A stretch of DNA of 64,000 nucleotides from Pirellulales bacterium. GTDB taxonomy: Bacteria; Planctomycetota; Planctomycetia; Pirellulales; JACPPG01. Each line of letters opens with the position of its first letter. The stretch's first letter is position 1. This document shows positions 37,290-47,163 of this stretch, piece after piece. The position numbers and the translations under genes were made by a program. The notes under the pieces are model-generated. The model saw nothing but the letters and a program-made list of their open reading frames with translations. It searched no databases and had not been told where the DNA came from. Where the stretch lies: the NCBI GenBank assembly GCA_035546535.1, contig DASZWQ010000024.1:77320-141319 (forward strand). Reading direction: 5' to 3'.

Positions 37290-38657
37290 CTATCGCCCTT
37301 CGGCGCTTGCCTCGGAAGGCGTCGAAATGCGGTAAACGTGCTCCGCCGTGCGAACCAAGAGGTTTCCTTGCGCGATCGAGGGCGTGGCGATGCTCAGTTC
37401 ATCGAGCGCGTTCGTGTGATCGATTTTGAACTCTCTCCCCGCCGGCATCACGTACGTTTCCCCGGACTCGCTGAGAAAGAAAATGTTGCCGTTGTAGGCC
37501 CAGGGCGAGGCGGTGAAACTGGCGCCCTGTGGGAACCGCGAGCGGTTGAAGACCAGCTCGCCCGTCGCCGCGTCATGGCAAGTGAGCATTCCCTGATCGA
37601 GGAGGGTGTAATACAGGCCGCGATAGACGATCGGCGAAGTGTTGTAGGGCCCCATTTTTTCCAGCGACCACTGTATGAATTGGTTGGCAGTCTCCCCCTC
37701 GCCCAGCGTGATATTCCCTGTGGCACCCGGCTTGACGGCATACACGGGCCGATTCTTGTCGCCGACATAACCTGACGTGATATACAGCAATCCATCGACG
37801 ACAAAAGGGGAAGGAATCGTCAGCGACGACATGTGACCATCGAAATTCCACAGCAGCGACCCATCGGTCGTGTAGGAGCGATTCTCTTGGCGCCCGGTCG
37901 TCACGATCTCGGTCATTCCGTCATGTCGCCAGGCGAGCGGCGTGCCCCACGTGCTGCGTTCCTCGCGCGAGGTTTTCCAGCGCAGTTTGCCGGTCGCTCC
38001 CTCCAGCGCCGCGATGTACGAGTCTTCGATGTTGTCATACACGTACACGACAAAATCATCGACCACGATCGGCGACGCCGCGGCGCCATAGCCGAAATAA
38101 GTTTTCTTGGGCTCGATCTCGTGCGTCCACAGGTGATTGCCGTCGAAGTCATAGCAATACAGCCCAACATCGCCGAAGAGCACATACAGCCGTTGGCCGT
38201 CGGTCGTGGGCGTTTCGGCCGCGTACGTGTTCTTCGGATGCCGCGGCACGACGGGCTTGCCAACGTGAGCTTCGTGCTTCCAGAGCAATGCGCCCGTTTT
38301 AAAATCGAGGCAGTAAACCATCCAGTGATGCACCGTATCGGGCGGCTCGCCGCGCCCCAGCCCCAAATAAAGGCCCCCCTTAGGCGCATCGTAGTCCTCG
38401 TCGCTGTACACGGCCGAGATAAAGATACGATCCTGCCAGACGATCGGGCTGCCCCAGCCGCGCCCGGGGATCTGCGTTTTCCAGCGAACGTTCTTTTCCT
38501 TGTCCCACGTGTCGGGCAGGCGCGGATCGTCGGCCACGACGCCCGTGCCATCAGGACCGCGAAAGCGGGTCCAGTTTTCCTGACCGGCAGAGCCGCGCAC
38601 GGCGAAAGGCGCGATAACCAACCAGCAAATCCCGATCGCTACAACCCGGCGAAGCAT
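37290..38657 (-). CDS. PQQ-like beta-propeller repeat protein (BamB/outer-membrane-assembly-like fold)
   Basis: ORF trimmed to the ATG at 38657 (MLRRVVAIGICWLVIAPFAVRGSAG signal). Begins NWTRFRGPDGTGV...W.K.KN..WKT.IPG.GWGSPIVW.DRIF, and has repeated A.D..TG...W motifs. Confidence 0.82.
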   Translation of the reverse strand: MLRRVVAIGICWLVIAPFAVRGSAGQENWTRFRGPDGTGVVADDPRLPDTWDKEKNVRWKTQIPGRGWGSPIVWQDRIFISAVYSDEDYDAPKGGLYLGLGRGEPPDTVHHWMVYCLDFKTGALLWKHEAHVGKPVVPRHPKNTYAAETPTTDGQRLYVLFGDVGLYCYDFDGNHLWTHEIEPKKTYFGYGAAASPIVVDDFVVYVYDNIEDSYIAALEGATGKLRWKTSREERSTWGTPLAWRHDGMTEIVTTGRQENRSYTTDGSLLWNFDGHMSSLTIPSPFVVDGLLYITSGYVGDKNRPVYAVKPGATGNITLGEGETANQFIQWSLEKMGPYNTSPIVYRGLYYTLLDQGMLTCHDAATGELVFNRSRFPQGASFTASPWAYNGNIFFLSESGETYVMPAGREFKIDHTNALDELSIATPSIAQGNLLVRTAEHVYRISTPSEASAEGR

Positions 38658-39179
38658 GCAAGACTCGCTGCGCAAAAGAAAAGGAGGGGGGGCAAACTGA
38701 TTCTCGCAGACGTACCGGCGCCGAGCCAGCAAGATCGTTAATGTCCAGCGGCAGAAAAGTCACGGCATTCCATCGTGATGAGAAAATGTGCGTGTTACCC
38801 GCCAGGATGCCTGCTCCGGCCCCTGAACTCGTGTCGAGGCGAGCGGAACGTCGATGAACAAGACGGTGGCCGATCGATTACATGTCCCTTGTGCTGAAAC
38901 GACTTGCGCCTCGCGAAGGTTCGCTTACCTGCGAGACTCGAGAATCCGTTCGAGTGTGTCTGGTCAATCCAGCGGTGAACGGATAATGTGATTGAGCAAA
39001 GTCGTCTGCGTTGGGACTTACTGCAAACGCAAGACAGCGCTGCATATCTCGGGGGGGAGAGGACCTGTTCGCCTGTGGGCGATCGCCTCGAACATTCGGC
39101 GTCCTCGTCAGGAATTTCGGCAGATCAGGTTCTAACGGACAGCGTCATCTAACAGATATCGTTCCTTCATCGTTTCGTT

Positions 39180-40661
39180 GTGAGCACTCCCATGTGGGAC
39201 GCGTTGAGCGCCCTGCCGCTATCGCACCAGATTTGTTTTGTCTTTGCGCTGCTGATCGCCTTCGGCTTCGAATTCATTAACGGATTTCACGATACCGCCA
39301 ACGCGGTGACGACCGTTATCTATACGAACACGCTGCGGCCCACGCCGGCCGTCTTGTTTTCGGGCTTTTGCAATTTCCTCGGCGTGATGTTAGGCGGTAC
39401 GGCGGTTGCCTTCGCAATTGTCAATCTTTTGCCGGTCGATCTGCTGATCGAGACGTCGTCGGTGCGCTCGATCGTCATGGTCTTGTCGCTGCTCCTGGCC
39501 GGAATGATCTGGAACCTGGGAACGTGGTGGTACGGGCTGCCCGTCTCCAGTTCGCACACTCTGATCGGTTCGATCCTGGGCGTAGGCCTGGCCGACAGCT
39601 TGCTCGCGCGCGGCAACGTGTCGGGCATCAACTGGTCGAAGGCCGCGGACGTCGGCCTGTCGCTGTTCATCTCGCCACTGATCGGCTTCGTGGCTGCGGC
39701 GGTTCTGCTCTTGGTCATGAAACGCATACTGACGAATCCCAAGCTCTATAACCCGCCTGCCGAAGGAGACAATCCTCCGAGCTGGATCCGCGGCGTGCTG
39801 CTGGCGACCTGCGGAGGCGTGAGCTTCGCGCACGGCTCGAACGACGGCCAGAAGGGCATGGGGTTGATTCTGCTCGCGCTGATCGGCTTCTTGCCCACGT
39901 ATTACTCGCTCAACACGCACGACGTGGGGCTCGCCGGCGACTTGTGCCAGGCGGCGGTGGCCATCGACGAGATCGTCGGGTCCGAGGCTCCCGACCTCGC
40001 GGCTGAAGTTCGCCCGGACATGACGATCATTGCCAGTACGTTGACCGGAAAGTCGTCTTTGGCCGACGTTTCGCTCGCGGAGCGTTGGGAAGTGCGTCAG
40101 GCGATCCTAAGATTCCGCTATACGCTGAGCAATTCCGACTTTACCCCTGCGACGCACCAGGCGCTGGCCGCGCACCATCGTGAATTCACGCGTGCCGTCG
40201 AGTTCGTCCCCTTTTGGGTCGTGGTCGGCGTCGCCCTGGCCTTGGGCATCGGCACCACGATCGGTTACAAGCGCATCGTGGTCACCGTGGCGGAAAAGAT
40301 CGGCAAATCGCACCTGACCTACGCCCAGGGAGCCGCCGCCGAGGTCGTGGCCGCCGCCACCATCGGCCTGGCTGACGCCTTCCATTTGCCGGTCAGCACC
40401 ACGCAGGTTTTATCATCGGGCGTGGCGGGAACGATGTGGGCCAATCGGTCGGGCATTCAATCGCAGACCGTGAAGAAGATCGGCCTGGCCTGGGCACTGA
40501 CGCTGCCGGCCGCGATTCTCTTGTCGGCCAGCTTCTTCACGATCGGCGGCGCCATGATCCCGGGCGTGCGGCCGGTTGCCCCCATGCCGGCCAGTGTCTG
40601 TGCTCCGGCGGCCGAATCGCCGACGTTCGTTGCCGCCGAGTTGACGACGGCGCATCGCTAA
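39180..40661 (+). CDS. pitA: Inorganic phosphate transporter, PiT family
   Basis: 493 aa. FEFINGFHDTANAVTTVIYT, SSSHTLIGSILGVG, SFAHGSNDGQKGMGLI and the C-terminal VSTTQVLSSGVAGT are PHO4/PiT signatures. Start is GTG 39180 or ATG 39192. Confidence 0.92.
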   Translation: MSTPMWDALSALPLSHQICFVFALLIAFGFEFINGFHDTANAVTTVIYTNTLRPTPAVLFSGFCNFLGVMLGGTAVAFAIVNLLPVDLLIETSSVRSIVMVLSLLLAGMIWNLGTWWYGLPVSSSHTLIGSILGVGLADSLLARGNVSGINWSKAADVGLSLFISPLIGFVAAAVLLLVMKRILTNPKLYNPPAEGDNPPSWIRGVLLATCGGVSFAHGSNDGQKGMGLILLALIGFLPTYYSLNTHDVGLAGDLCQAAVAIDEIVGSEAPDLAAEVRPDMTIIASTLTGKSSLADVSLAERWEVRQAILRFRYTLSNSDFTPATHQALAAHHREFTRAVEFVPFWVVVGVALALGIGTTIGYKRIVVTVAEKIGKSHLTYAQGAAAEVVAAATIGLADAFHLPVSTTQVLSSGVAGTMWANRSGIQSQTVKKIGLAWALTLPAAILLSASFFTIGGAMIPGVRPVAPMPASVCAPAAESPTFVAAELTTAHR

Positions 40662-40690
40662 GCCACGGCCGTTTGCATCTCATACCATCG

Positions 40691-41605
40691 TCAGCGCGGC
40701 TTAAGGTGCTTGTCGAAAAAGGCGAACATCGCCTCCTGCGCCCGCCGCTCGTCGTCGCCTTTAAAGCCGTGGCCTGCTCCTTCGAGCACGAGCAATTCGG
40801 CTTCGACCTCGGCCGCGCGCAGTCGTTCGATGAGCCATTGCGATTGCTCGAGCGCCACGTATTTATCGTCGGTACCATGGATCGCCAGCGTCGGCGGCGC
40901 GTCAGGAGTGACCCAATACAGCGGGCTGGCCTCGATATGCCGGCGACGCGCCGATTGCACATCGCCACCCAGAAACAGCGGCAACACCTCGGCCGCGTCG
41001 ACGCTCTTGCCGTACGACTTCGTGAAGTCGCTCGGTCCGTAGACGTCGACCACGCATTGCACGGCGCTCGACTGATCGAGATTGCCGCCGTCGGTTCCTT
41101 CGAACTTCTCGACGTCGGCGGTCACGCCGAGAAACTGCGCCAAGTGACCACCGGCCGAGTCTCCCATGACGCCGATCCGCGCGGGATCAACGCCGTACTT
41201 GCCGGCATTGGCGCGCAGCCAGCGCACCACCGATTTCACATCGTGTACGGCGGCCGGAAACTGGTATTTCGGCGCCAAGCGATACGTCGGTGTGACGGCC
41301 ACGTAACCCCGCTGGGCCAGCTGCATGCACAAAGCGTCGTGATGCTCGCGGTTGCCGGCACGAAATCCGCCGCCATGAACGCACACGATCGTCGGCAGCG
41401 GCCCCGAAGCGTCCTTCGGTCGCGCCATGTCGAGCGCCAGATGCTGACCATCGGGATTGGCATACTCGATATCTGCGGTAAACGTCACGCCTTCGGGCGG
41501 CACAGGCTTCGTATCCGCTGCGCTCACCGCATCGCAGGCAACCATCATCAGCCAAACGACGGCCAGTCGGCGTAGAGATCTTGTGATCGTATCGCGCTCG
41601 ATCAT
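40691..41605 (-). CDS. Secreted alpha/beta hydrolase (carboxylesterase/lipase, HGGG type)
   Basis: ORF trimmed to the ATG at 41605, preceded by AAGGAG. Signal peptide. Oxyanion VCVHGGGF, nucleophile elbow GDSAGGH, and GHGF near the C-terminus. Confidence 0.87.
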   Translation of the reverse strand: MIERDTITRSLRRLAVVWLMMVACDAVSAADTKPVPPEGVTFTADIEYANPDGQHLALDMARPKDASGPLPTIVCVHGGGFRAGNREHHDALCMQLAQRGYVAVTPTYRLAPKYQFPAAVHDVKSVVRWLRANAGKYGVDPARIGVMGDSAGGHLAQFLGVTADVEKFEGTDGGNLDQSSAVQCVVDVYGPSDFTKSYGKSVDAAEVLPLFLGGDVQSARRRHIEASPLYWVTPDAPPTLAIHGTDDKYVALEQSQWLIERLRAAEVEAELLVLEGAGHGFKGDDERRAQEAMFAFFDKHLKPR

Positions 41606-41924
41606 TTCGCGCTCCTTAAGAGTTGAATTCCAAATCTCGGCACGCGTTATTCGCGTGGGCGAACGAGCCGGGCTTAAAGCGGCGGCTCCGCCAAAACACC
41701 GGCCGTCCACGGGGAACGATGGTAGTCCATTTCACGCGGCTCTGCGCGCCGTACCGCACAAGCGCATCACTCGCCCAGGCCCCTAGAACGCACCGCGTCA
41801 GCTAACGGCTTTACCAGCGCCCGGCCCTGCCAAACGCCAAAGTCGGCATGCTACAATGGCGGGCTTGGCAGGCTGGGCAAGTGCTCGGCCGCTGCTTTTA
41901 TCGCCGCCTGGAATCCGCTCCGCT

Positions 41925-43661
41925 ATGCCACCGCTCGAGTATCGCCAGGGAGTCGCTCAGTACACCTGGGAGCACTATCAGACCGATTTTGCCGATCGAC
42001 ATTTGCTGCACGGCGTGATTGCCAAGTGGGCCCGCGAGCGCCCGAACGACGTGGCCATCATCGAAGTCGACACCGGCCGGGAATTCACCTACACCCAATT
42101 CCAGCAGGTGATCACGGCTCTGTCGATGACGTTGTGGCGCATGGGCTTCCGCCCGGGCGATTTTTTTGCGACGGCGCTGCCGCTGTTGGCCGAGCATATT
42201 TTCTTGGAGTATGCCTGCTTCCAGATCGGCGTCATTCACGCGCCGCTCGATCTGCGCCTGAAGGCGCCCGAGGTCGTTCGCTCGCTGGAATTGATCAAAG
42301 CCAAGGGGTTTGCCTTTTTGGGGCGCACGCCGGTGGCCGATTTCTCGGCGCTCGGTGAAGCCGTGAAGGAGCATTGTCCCTTCGTCGAGCACCTGGTGCA
42401 GTTCGCACCGCCGGACGAAACCCTTCCCGCGGCGATCTCCGCGTTCTCGCTCGCTGGCGAGGCCATCGCCGAAGGCCTCGCTGTGCAGGCCGACCCTGCG
42501 AGCTGGCCCGGGCTGCGCGATTATCAAACGGCCGTCGCCGGCGTCAAGGAAACCGACGGCGCGCAAGTGATCTACACCACCGGATCGACCGGCTTTCCCA
42601 AGCCGGCGCTGTTGTCGCACCGCAATATCACGGTGCAGAACATGTGCCTGGCCGGCGGCTTCGACATGGTGGACCAACCGCGCATGCTGGTCAACTTGCC
42701 GCCGTCGCACGTTGGCTGCCAGGCCGAGCAGTTGATGACGACCTTTTTCTCGGGCGGCACCGCAGTGGTCCTGCACATCTTCGACGCGGAAAAGACCTTG
42801 GCGGCCATCGAAAAATATCGCGTCGCCTGCTTTGGGCAGATTCCGGCGATGTTCGCCATGCAATGGCGCTTGCCGAATTATGCAAAGTACGATCTCTCAT
42901 CGCTCCGCTTTGCCCTCTACGGTGGGCAGGCCGTGACGCGACAGTTCCTCGAGCAACTCGCGACCATGGCGCCAAAGTGCGGCACGGGACTAGGCCTGTC
43001 CGAAATGGCCGGCTTCGTCACGTACAGCCCCTTGGGCGGCACGGTGGACGAACTGTTGGCCGGCGTCGGCTTCGACATGCCGGTCACGCCTTTGTCGATC
43101 CGCCGGCCGATGCGCGAAGACGGCACGGCGGGCGACGAACTGCCCGACGGCGAGCCGGGCGAAATCTGCTTTAGCGGTCCGCAAGTTTTCATTGGTTATG
43201 TCAACAACGAAGATGCCTACCGCCGCACCGTCTCGACCGATGGCTACTGCTACACCGGTGACCTGGGCTACAAAACCGACAAGGGACTGGTCTTTGCCGG
43301 ACGCTCGAAGCTGGTGATCAAACCCAAGGGCTACCAGGTCCATCCGGCGCAGATCGAAGGACATTTTGCGCAGCTCAGCGACAAGGTGTCGGCCTGCGCG
43401 GCCGTCGGTCAGCCGCACGAGATTTATAGCGAAGCAATCGTGCTGTTCGTCGAAACGAAGGCCGAGGTGCAATTGACCATTGCCGAGCTGGAACAGCACG
43501 CCCGCGGGATCGCGGGGTACATGCGGCCCACGCACTACGAGCTGCTGCCGCCAGCCGGCCTGCCGTTGAATCGGGTGGCCAAGACCGATTACGTGCTCTT
43601 GCGCGAGCAGGCGGCCGCCGCCGTCGAGCGATTGCGCGCCGCGGGCGGCTGGGATCGATAG
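41925..43661 (+). CDS. AMP-dependent synthetase/ligase (acyl-CoA synthetase family)
   Basis: AMP-binding core YTTGSTGFPKPALLSHRN, then later GDLGY...G...F.GR.K..IK..G and a terminal K in VAKTDY. Start set at ATG 41925 because a TACAAT -10-like box lies at 41849-41854. The track start 41856 is the alternative. Confidence 0.85.
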   Translation: MPPLEYRQGVAQYTWEHYQTDFADRHLLHGVIAKWARERPNDVAIIEVDTGREFTYTQFQQVITALSMTLWRMGFRPGDFFATALPLLAEHIFLEYACFQIGVIHAPLDLRLKAPEVVRSLELIKAKGFAFLGRTPVADFSALGEAVKEHCPFVEHLVQFAPPDETLPAAISAFSLAGEAIAEGLAVQADPASWPGLRDYQTAVAGVKETDGAQVIYTTGSTGFPKPALLSHRNITVQNMCLAGGFDMVDQPRMLVNLPPSHVGCQAEQLMTTFFSGGTAVVLHIFDAEKTLAAIEKYRVACFGQIPAMFAMQWRLPNYAKYDLSSLRFALYGGQAVTRQFLEQLATMAPKCGTGLGLSEMAGFVTYSPLGGTVDELLAGVGFDMPVTPLSIRRPMREDGTAGDELPDGEPGEICFSGPQVFIGYVNNEDAYRRTVSTDGYCYTGDLGYKTDKGLVFAGRSKLVIKPKGYQVHPAQIEGHFAQLSDKVSACAAVGQPHEIYSEAIVLFVETKAEVQLTIAELEQHARGIAGYMRPTHYELLPPAGLPLNRVAKTDYVLLREQAAAAVERLRAAGGWDR

Positions 43662-43688
43662 GACGAACGAGTCAGACGGCAACCGTGG

Positions 43689-44873
43689 TTATTGCTTAGC
43701 GGGCGACTGGGCGTATCGTTTCATCAATTCCTGGATCGTTTCGTCGCACGCCGGAAATCCGCCCTTCTCACCGGTGTTGGTACAAACGACTGCGGCGAAA
43801 TCTCGATCCGGAAAAATCCAGATCAAGGCATGCGAGTTCGTGTTGCTGCCGCCATGTGTCAGCGCGCGCCCGAGCGGGGTGTCGAGAACGATCCATCCAC
43901 AGCCATATTTTCCGCCAGTGGACGGAGAGTCGACCCGTCCCGTGTGCAGGTGATCCATCGTCGTTTGTGCCGACAAGAGCGGCCTCGGCAAGCGTTTCAA
44001 GTGCCACTGGGCATAAAGAGCGTAGTCGGCGATCGACAGGTTGACCGTTCCGCAGGGAGCATAGACCGAAGGATTCTCGGCGCCAGCGATCCGCGGATCG
44101 ATCGGAGTTCCGTTGGCAATATGTCCCCATAGCAGAGGCGACTGCAGCTTTTTTGCCAACGCCATCGTGCGAAAATCAGCCGTGTCCATCTTCAGCGGCT
44201 TGAACACTTGAGCGCGCATCATCTTCTCGAAGCTGTCGCCCCCTTTCGCTTCCAACATGGCAGCGGCAACGACATAGCCCAGGTTTGAGTAGTGATGCTC
44301 ACCGCGCGGATGTTCAGGCTTAAACGGCAGGATCAGTTTCACCATGCGTCGACGTTCAAGTTCGGGATCGGCCTTCTCCTCAAAGAAGGAAAGCCAATCG
44401 CTGTTTTTCAAGGCCTTGAAGTCCTTCATGTCCGATGCCAGTCCGCTCTGATGCGACAACAGCTCGTCAAGAGTCACGTCGCGAAGCGCGGGATGAAGGT
44501 GCTTTTCCGTGGCGCGTGGCCACACCTCGCGCATGGTCGTGCCCCACTCGATCTTGCCGGCCTCGACAAGCACGGCCGCCAGGGTGGCGGTCATCGACTT
44601 AGTGCATGAGCCGAGCGGGTGGCGGTCCGACAGCTCGACGGCATCATCGGTGCCTCGCTTGCGAACGCCGCTACATTGTGCCGTCACGATTCCGTCCGCG
44701 CGAACGACCGCAATCGTGAGTGAGGGAACGTTGTGCTTGCGGCAAATGCTCGACAGCATCTCCTTGAGTTCGCCCTCGGACGACCCCGGTTCGGCAGCAG
44801 CGACACAACACGGCGGCATGCACGTCGCCAGAGGACTCGCGACGGTCAGAATCAGAAGAGCAGGTCGGATCAT
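43689..44873 (-). CDS. Serine hydrolase, beta-lactamase/transpeptidase-like (class C/PBP4*-type fold)
   Basis: 394 aa. Signal peptide. S-x-x-K motif in FPLGSCTKSMTA, a YSN motif in HHYSNLGY, and a C-terminal HGG in ALTHGGSN. Confidence 0.88.
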   Translation of the reverse strand: MIRPALLILTVASPLATCMPPCCVAAAEPGSSEGELKEMLSSICRKHNVPSLTIAVVRADGIVTAQCSGVRKRGTDDAVELSDRHPLGSCTKSMTATLAAVLVEAGKIEWGTTMREVWPRATEKHLHPALRDVTLDELLSHQSGLASDMKDFKALKNSDWLSFFEEKADPELERRRMVKLILPFKPEHPRGEHHYSNLGYVVAAAMLEAKGGDSFEKMMRAQVFKPLKMDTADFRTMALAKKLQSPLLWGHIANGTPIDPRIAGAENPSVYAPCGTVNLSIADYALYAQWHLKRLPRPLLSAQTTMDHLHTGRVDSPSTGGKYGCGWIVLDTPLGRALTHGGSNTNSHALIWIFPDRDFAAVVCTNTGEKGGFPACDETIQELMKRYAQSPAKQ

Positions 44874-44941
44874 GGGACGCCCCTTTCCAGTAAGCGCTCA
44901 ATATCGGTGTAGATTGCACGATGGGCAATCGGTTGTGCGAC

Positions 44942-45559
44942 TCATTCGTCCGCAGTTAGGAGGCTTTCGCGAAGCGCTCGTAGTGACTCGAGTTGCCGAA
45001 GCTGGCCTTTGAGCCCTTTGCGCCTTGCAAACTCCATCACCGCGTAAACGAAGATGAAACACGCGACGAAGAAACACTCGATGGTGAGAAGTCCGACGAG
45101 AGATGCAAAAAACGGCCCTTTGCCGAAATCCATCACAAAGAAAAGGGCCGGCGGGATCATGCATCCCAAAGTAATCGGCGTCGTGTACCACCAGCGCGAG
45201 GTTCGATCCAACCGCATCTGATGCTCGATGTCATCGATCGACTTCTCGACATGAGACAGCATACTGTCATCGTAACGACGGGCATTTCGCCTGTGGCGCC
45301 AACGGTTGAACAGGACATATCCCACGACCCAAGCAAGCCCTGCACAATAAAACAGCCAGGGCCATTCTTTCCGAAAGTCTCGAAGGGCCGAGACAAAAAA
45401 GGAAACGCAGAGGGATGAGAAGAACGACACTATGGCCATGTCGACCCCGAAGTGAGCATGCCGCTGGATGCGGGCCATCTTGAGCAACATATCGGGGTTC
45501 GTGTCGAAGGCCCCGCACGGCTGCGACTGCCAGGCTTGTTGCAATTTCTCAAGATGCAT
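44942..45559 (-). CDS. Membrane protein co-transcribed with the ECF sigma factor (candidate anti-sigma factor, non-canonical)
   Basis: Trimmed to the ATG at 45559 (MHLEKLQQAWQSQ...), which overlaps the sigma-factor stop by 11 nt. About 4 predicted TM helices. No HxxxCxxC zinc anti-sigma motif is visible. Confidence 0.6.
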   Translation of the reverse strand: MHLEKLQQAWQSQPCGAFDTNPDMLLKMARIQRHAHFGVDMAIVSFFSSLCVSFFVSALRDFRKEWPWLFYCAGLAWVVGYVLFNRWRHRRNARRYDDSMLSHVEKSIDDIEHQMRLDRTSRWWYTTPITLGCMIPPALFFVMDFGKGPFFASLVGLLTIECFFVACFIFVYAVMEFARRKGLKGQLRQLESLRALRESLLTADE

Positions 45560-46067
45560 CGTCAGGCTCCTTGATCGTTGCGGCAAGGTCTTGCTTGATG
45601 CGATTGAGGCTGACGCCGACATTCGACTCCGATATGCCTACGACTTCGGAAATCTCCCGATAGGTAAAGCCGTCCAGGTAAAGGACAACCAGGGCGCGCT
45701 TGGCCAGCGGCAATGCGCGGATCGCCGCATAGAGCTGATCGACAATCTGGCTATTGGGCTCTCCGTCCGCGCACAGCGTACGGTCCGCAGGGTCGGCAAT
45801 GGACAGCGAACTCTGCGAACCGCGCTCTTTCTTCTCGCTCCGCTTCCATGCCAGAGCCGTGTTGAGCGCAACCCGATACAGCCAGGTCGTGGGCTTGGAA
45901 TCTTCGCGAAAACTGGGCAGCGACAGCCAAACCTGAAGCAGAACCTCTTGAAAAAGATCGTCCTGATCGGCCGGTGTCTCGGCGAACGCGCGGACGACCT
46001 TGACCAGCAAGCCCTTATGCTCGCCGAGCCATTGCCGAAACTGGCGTTCGTGATCCGCAATGCCCAA
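45549..46067 (-). CDS. RNA polymerase sigma-70 factor, ECF subfamily
   Basis: 172 aa. Region 2 (DQDDLFQEVLLQVWLSLPSFRE.SKPTTWLYRVALNTAL) and region 4 HTH (LPLAKRALVVLYLDGFTYREISEVVGISESNVGVSLNRIKQDL). The only in-frame start after the upstream stop is TTG at 46067, preceded by GAGGA. Confidence 0.9.
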   Translation of the reverse strand: MGIADHERQFRQWLGEHKGLLVKVVRAFAETPADQDDLFQEVLLQVWLSLPSFREDSKPTTWLYRVALNTALAWKRSEKKERGSQSSLSIADPADRTLCADGEPNSQIVDQLYAAIRALPLAKRALVVLYLDGFTYREISEVVGISESNVGVSLNRIKQDLAATIKEPDDAS

Positions 46068-46170
46068 GCAGCCGTCCTCGTTTTCCCTAATTAGTGACGA
46101 TCGGGACCATTTACTTACACCTTATTTGCGAAAAAGCCATTTGCCGGGATGCTCGAATGCTGGGGCGCAT

Positions 46171-46205
46171 AAAAATGCCCTACCGACGCGTTGCCGGCAG
46201 GGCAT
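46171..46205 (-). terminator. Intrinsic terminator downstream of the DUF1080 gene
   Basis: Minus strand: ATGCCCTGCCG-loop-CGGTAGGGCAT (11-bp stem, one mismatch, 9-nt loop), followed by TTTTAT. It separates the DUF1080 gene from the ECF sigma operon. Confidence 0.6.
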
Positions 46206-46245
46206 TGTGTAAACGCTCCACGATTCGCGGTTTCAGCCGCCCGAA

Positions 46246-46884
46246 CTATTTCGAGCTATCCGGCAGCACGGCCACTTCCACCTTGCGGATGCAGACCTTG
46301 CTTCCCGGGTCGTGTTGCTGGAAGGCAAAGTGCCCTTCCTTGAACGTCTGGTCGAAATCGAAGTACTCGTACAGCTCGTCGCCGTTCACGGTGATCTTGA
46401 TTTTCGTCACCTTGCGGCCGCGCCATTCGCCGTCTTGCACCTGGATCTCGTAGGTGAACCAGGTGTCGGGCTCGACCAGCCGCTTGTAGACGTGGCACAT
46501 GCCATACAGCGAGCCCGTGCGGATCGGATCGCGGTGCGTGCTGTCGATCTGGGCTTCATAACCGTCCATGAAACCAGGCTTGGGCTTGGTGCGGAAATAC
46601 AGCCCGGAATTTCCCTTGTCGTTGATTTTGATCTCGGCCCGATAACGGAAGTTCTTGTATGGCCCCTTGGTCGTGACCAGCATCGAGGCCGGGCCCGATC
46701 CGCAGATCGCGCCGTCCTTCACTTCCCACACGCTTTGTTCGCCGCCTACTTTTTCCCAGCCGTCCAGCGTCTTGCCATCGAACAGCGAGACCCATTCCGG
46801 TTCGGCAGCCGCGGCAACCGTCGGCACGTGAGAGACGATCAGGGCGGCAACCGCCACGAAAAACAAACCCAGCACACGTTTCAT
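46246..46884 (-). CDS. DUF1080 (3-keto-disaccharide hydrolase-like, concanavalin-type) domain protein
   Basis: ATG at 46884, preceded by GAGGA. Signal peptide. W..LFDGK.L.GWEKVG......W.V.DG.I.G.......L.T...Y.NF.......IN..GNSG...R and the terminal G.FAFQ.HD.GS.V..R.V are classic DUF1080. Confidence 0.88.
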   Translation of the reverse strand: MKRVLGLFFVAVAALIVSHVPTVAAAAEPEWVSLFDGKTLDGWEKVGGEQSVWEVKDGAICGSGPASMLVTTKGPYKNFRYRAEIKINDKGNSGLYFRTKPKPGFMDGYEAQIDSTHRDPIRTGSLYGMCHVYKRLVEPDTWFTYEIQVQDGEWRGRKVTKIKITVNGDELYEYFDFDQTFKEGHFAFQQHDPGSKVCIRKVEVAVLPDSSK

Positions 46885-47163
46885 CGGTGAAGTCCTCAAC
46901 AGGGATCGAACAGAAGGATGGCATCGAGCCAGGGACTGCGAGCCACCTTACATCGACCGACAGCCGCGTCAAGCTGGCGGCAGGCGGCGCGGGCCGAAAA
47001 CCTGACAATTCCTTCGGCAATCGCCCCGAGTACACTGCGTGAGCCGCCCACAATCGGCGGATTCGGCTCCGGGTGGCCAGATAACAGGCTGTCTTCGCGG
47101 TCCCGGCTCCGACTATGCTGAGTGAGCTGCTCGTCGAAACCGTAACTCCGTCTGACGTGCGCT

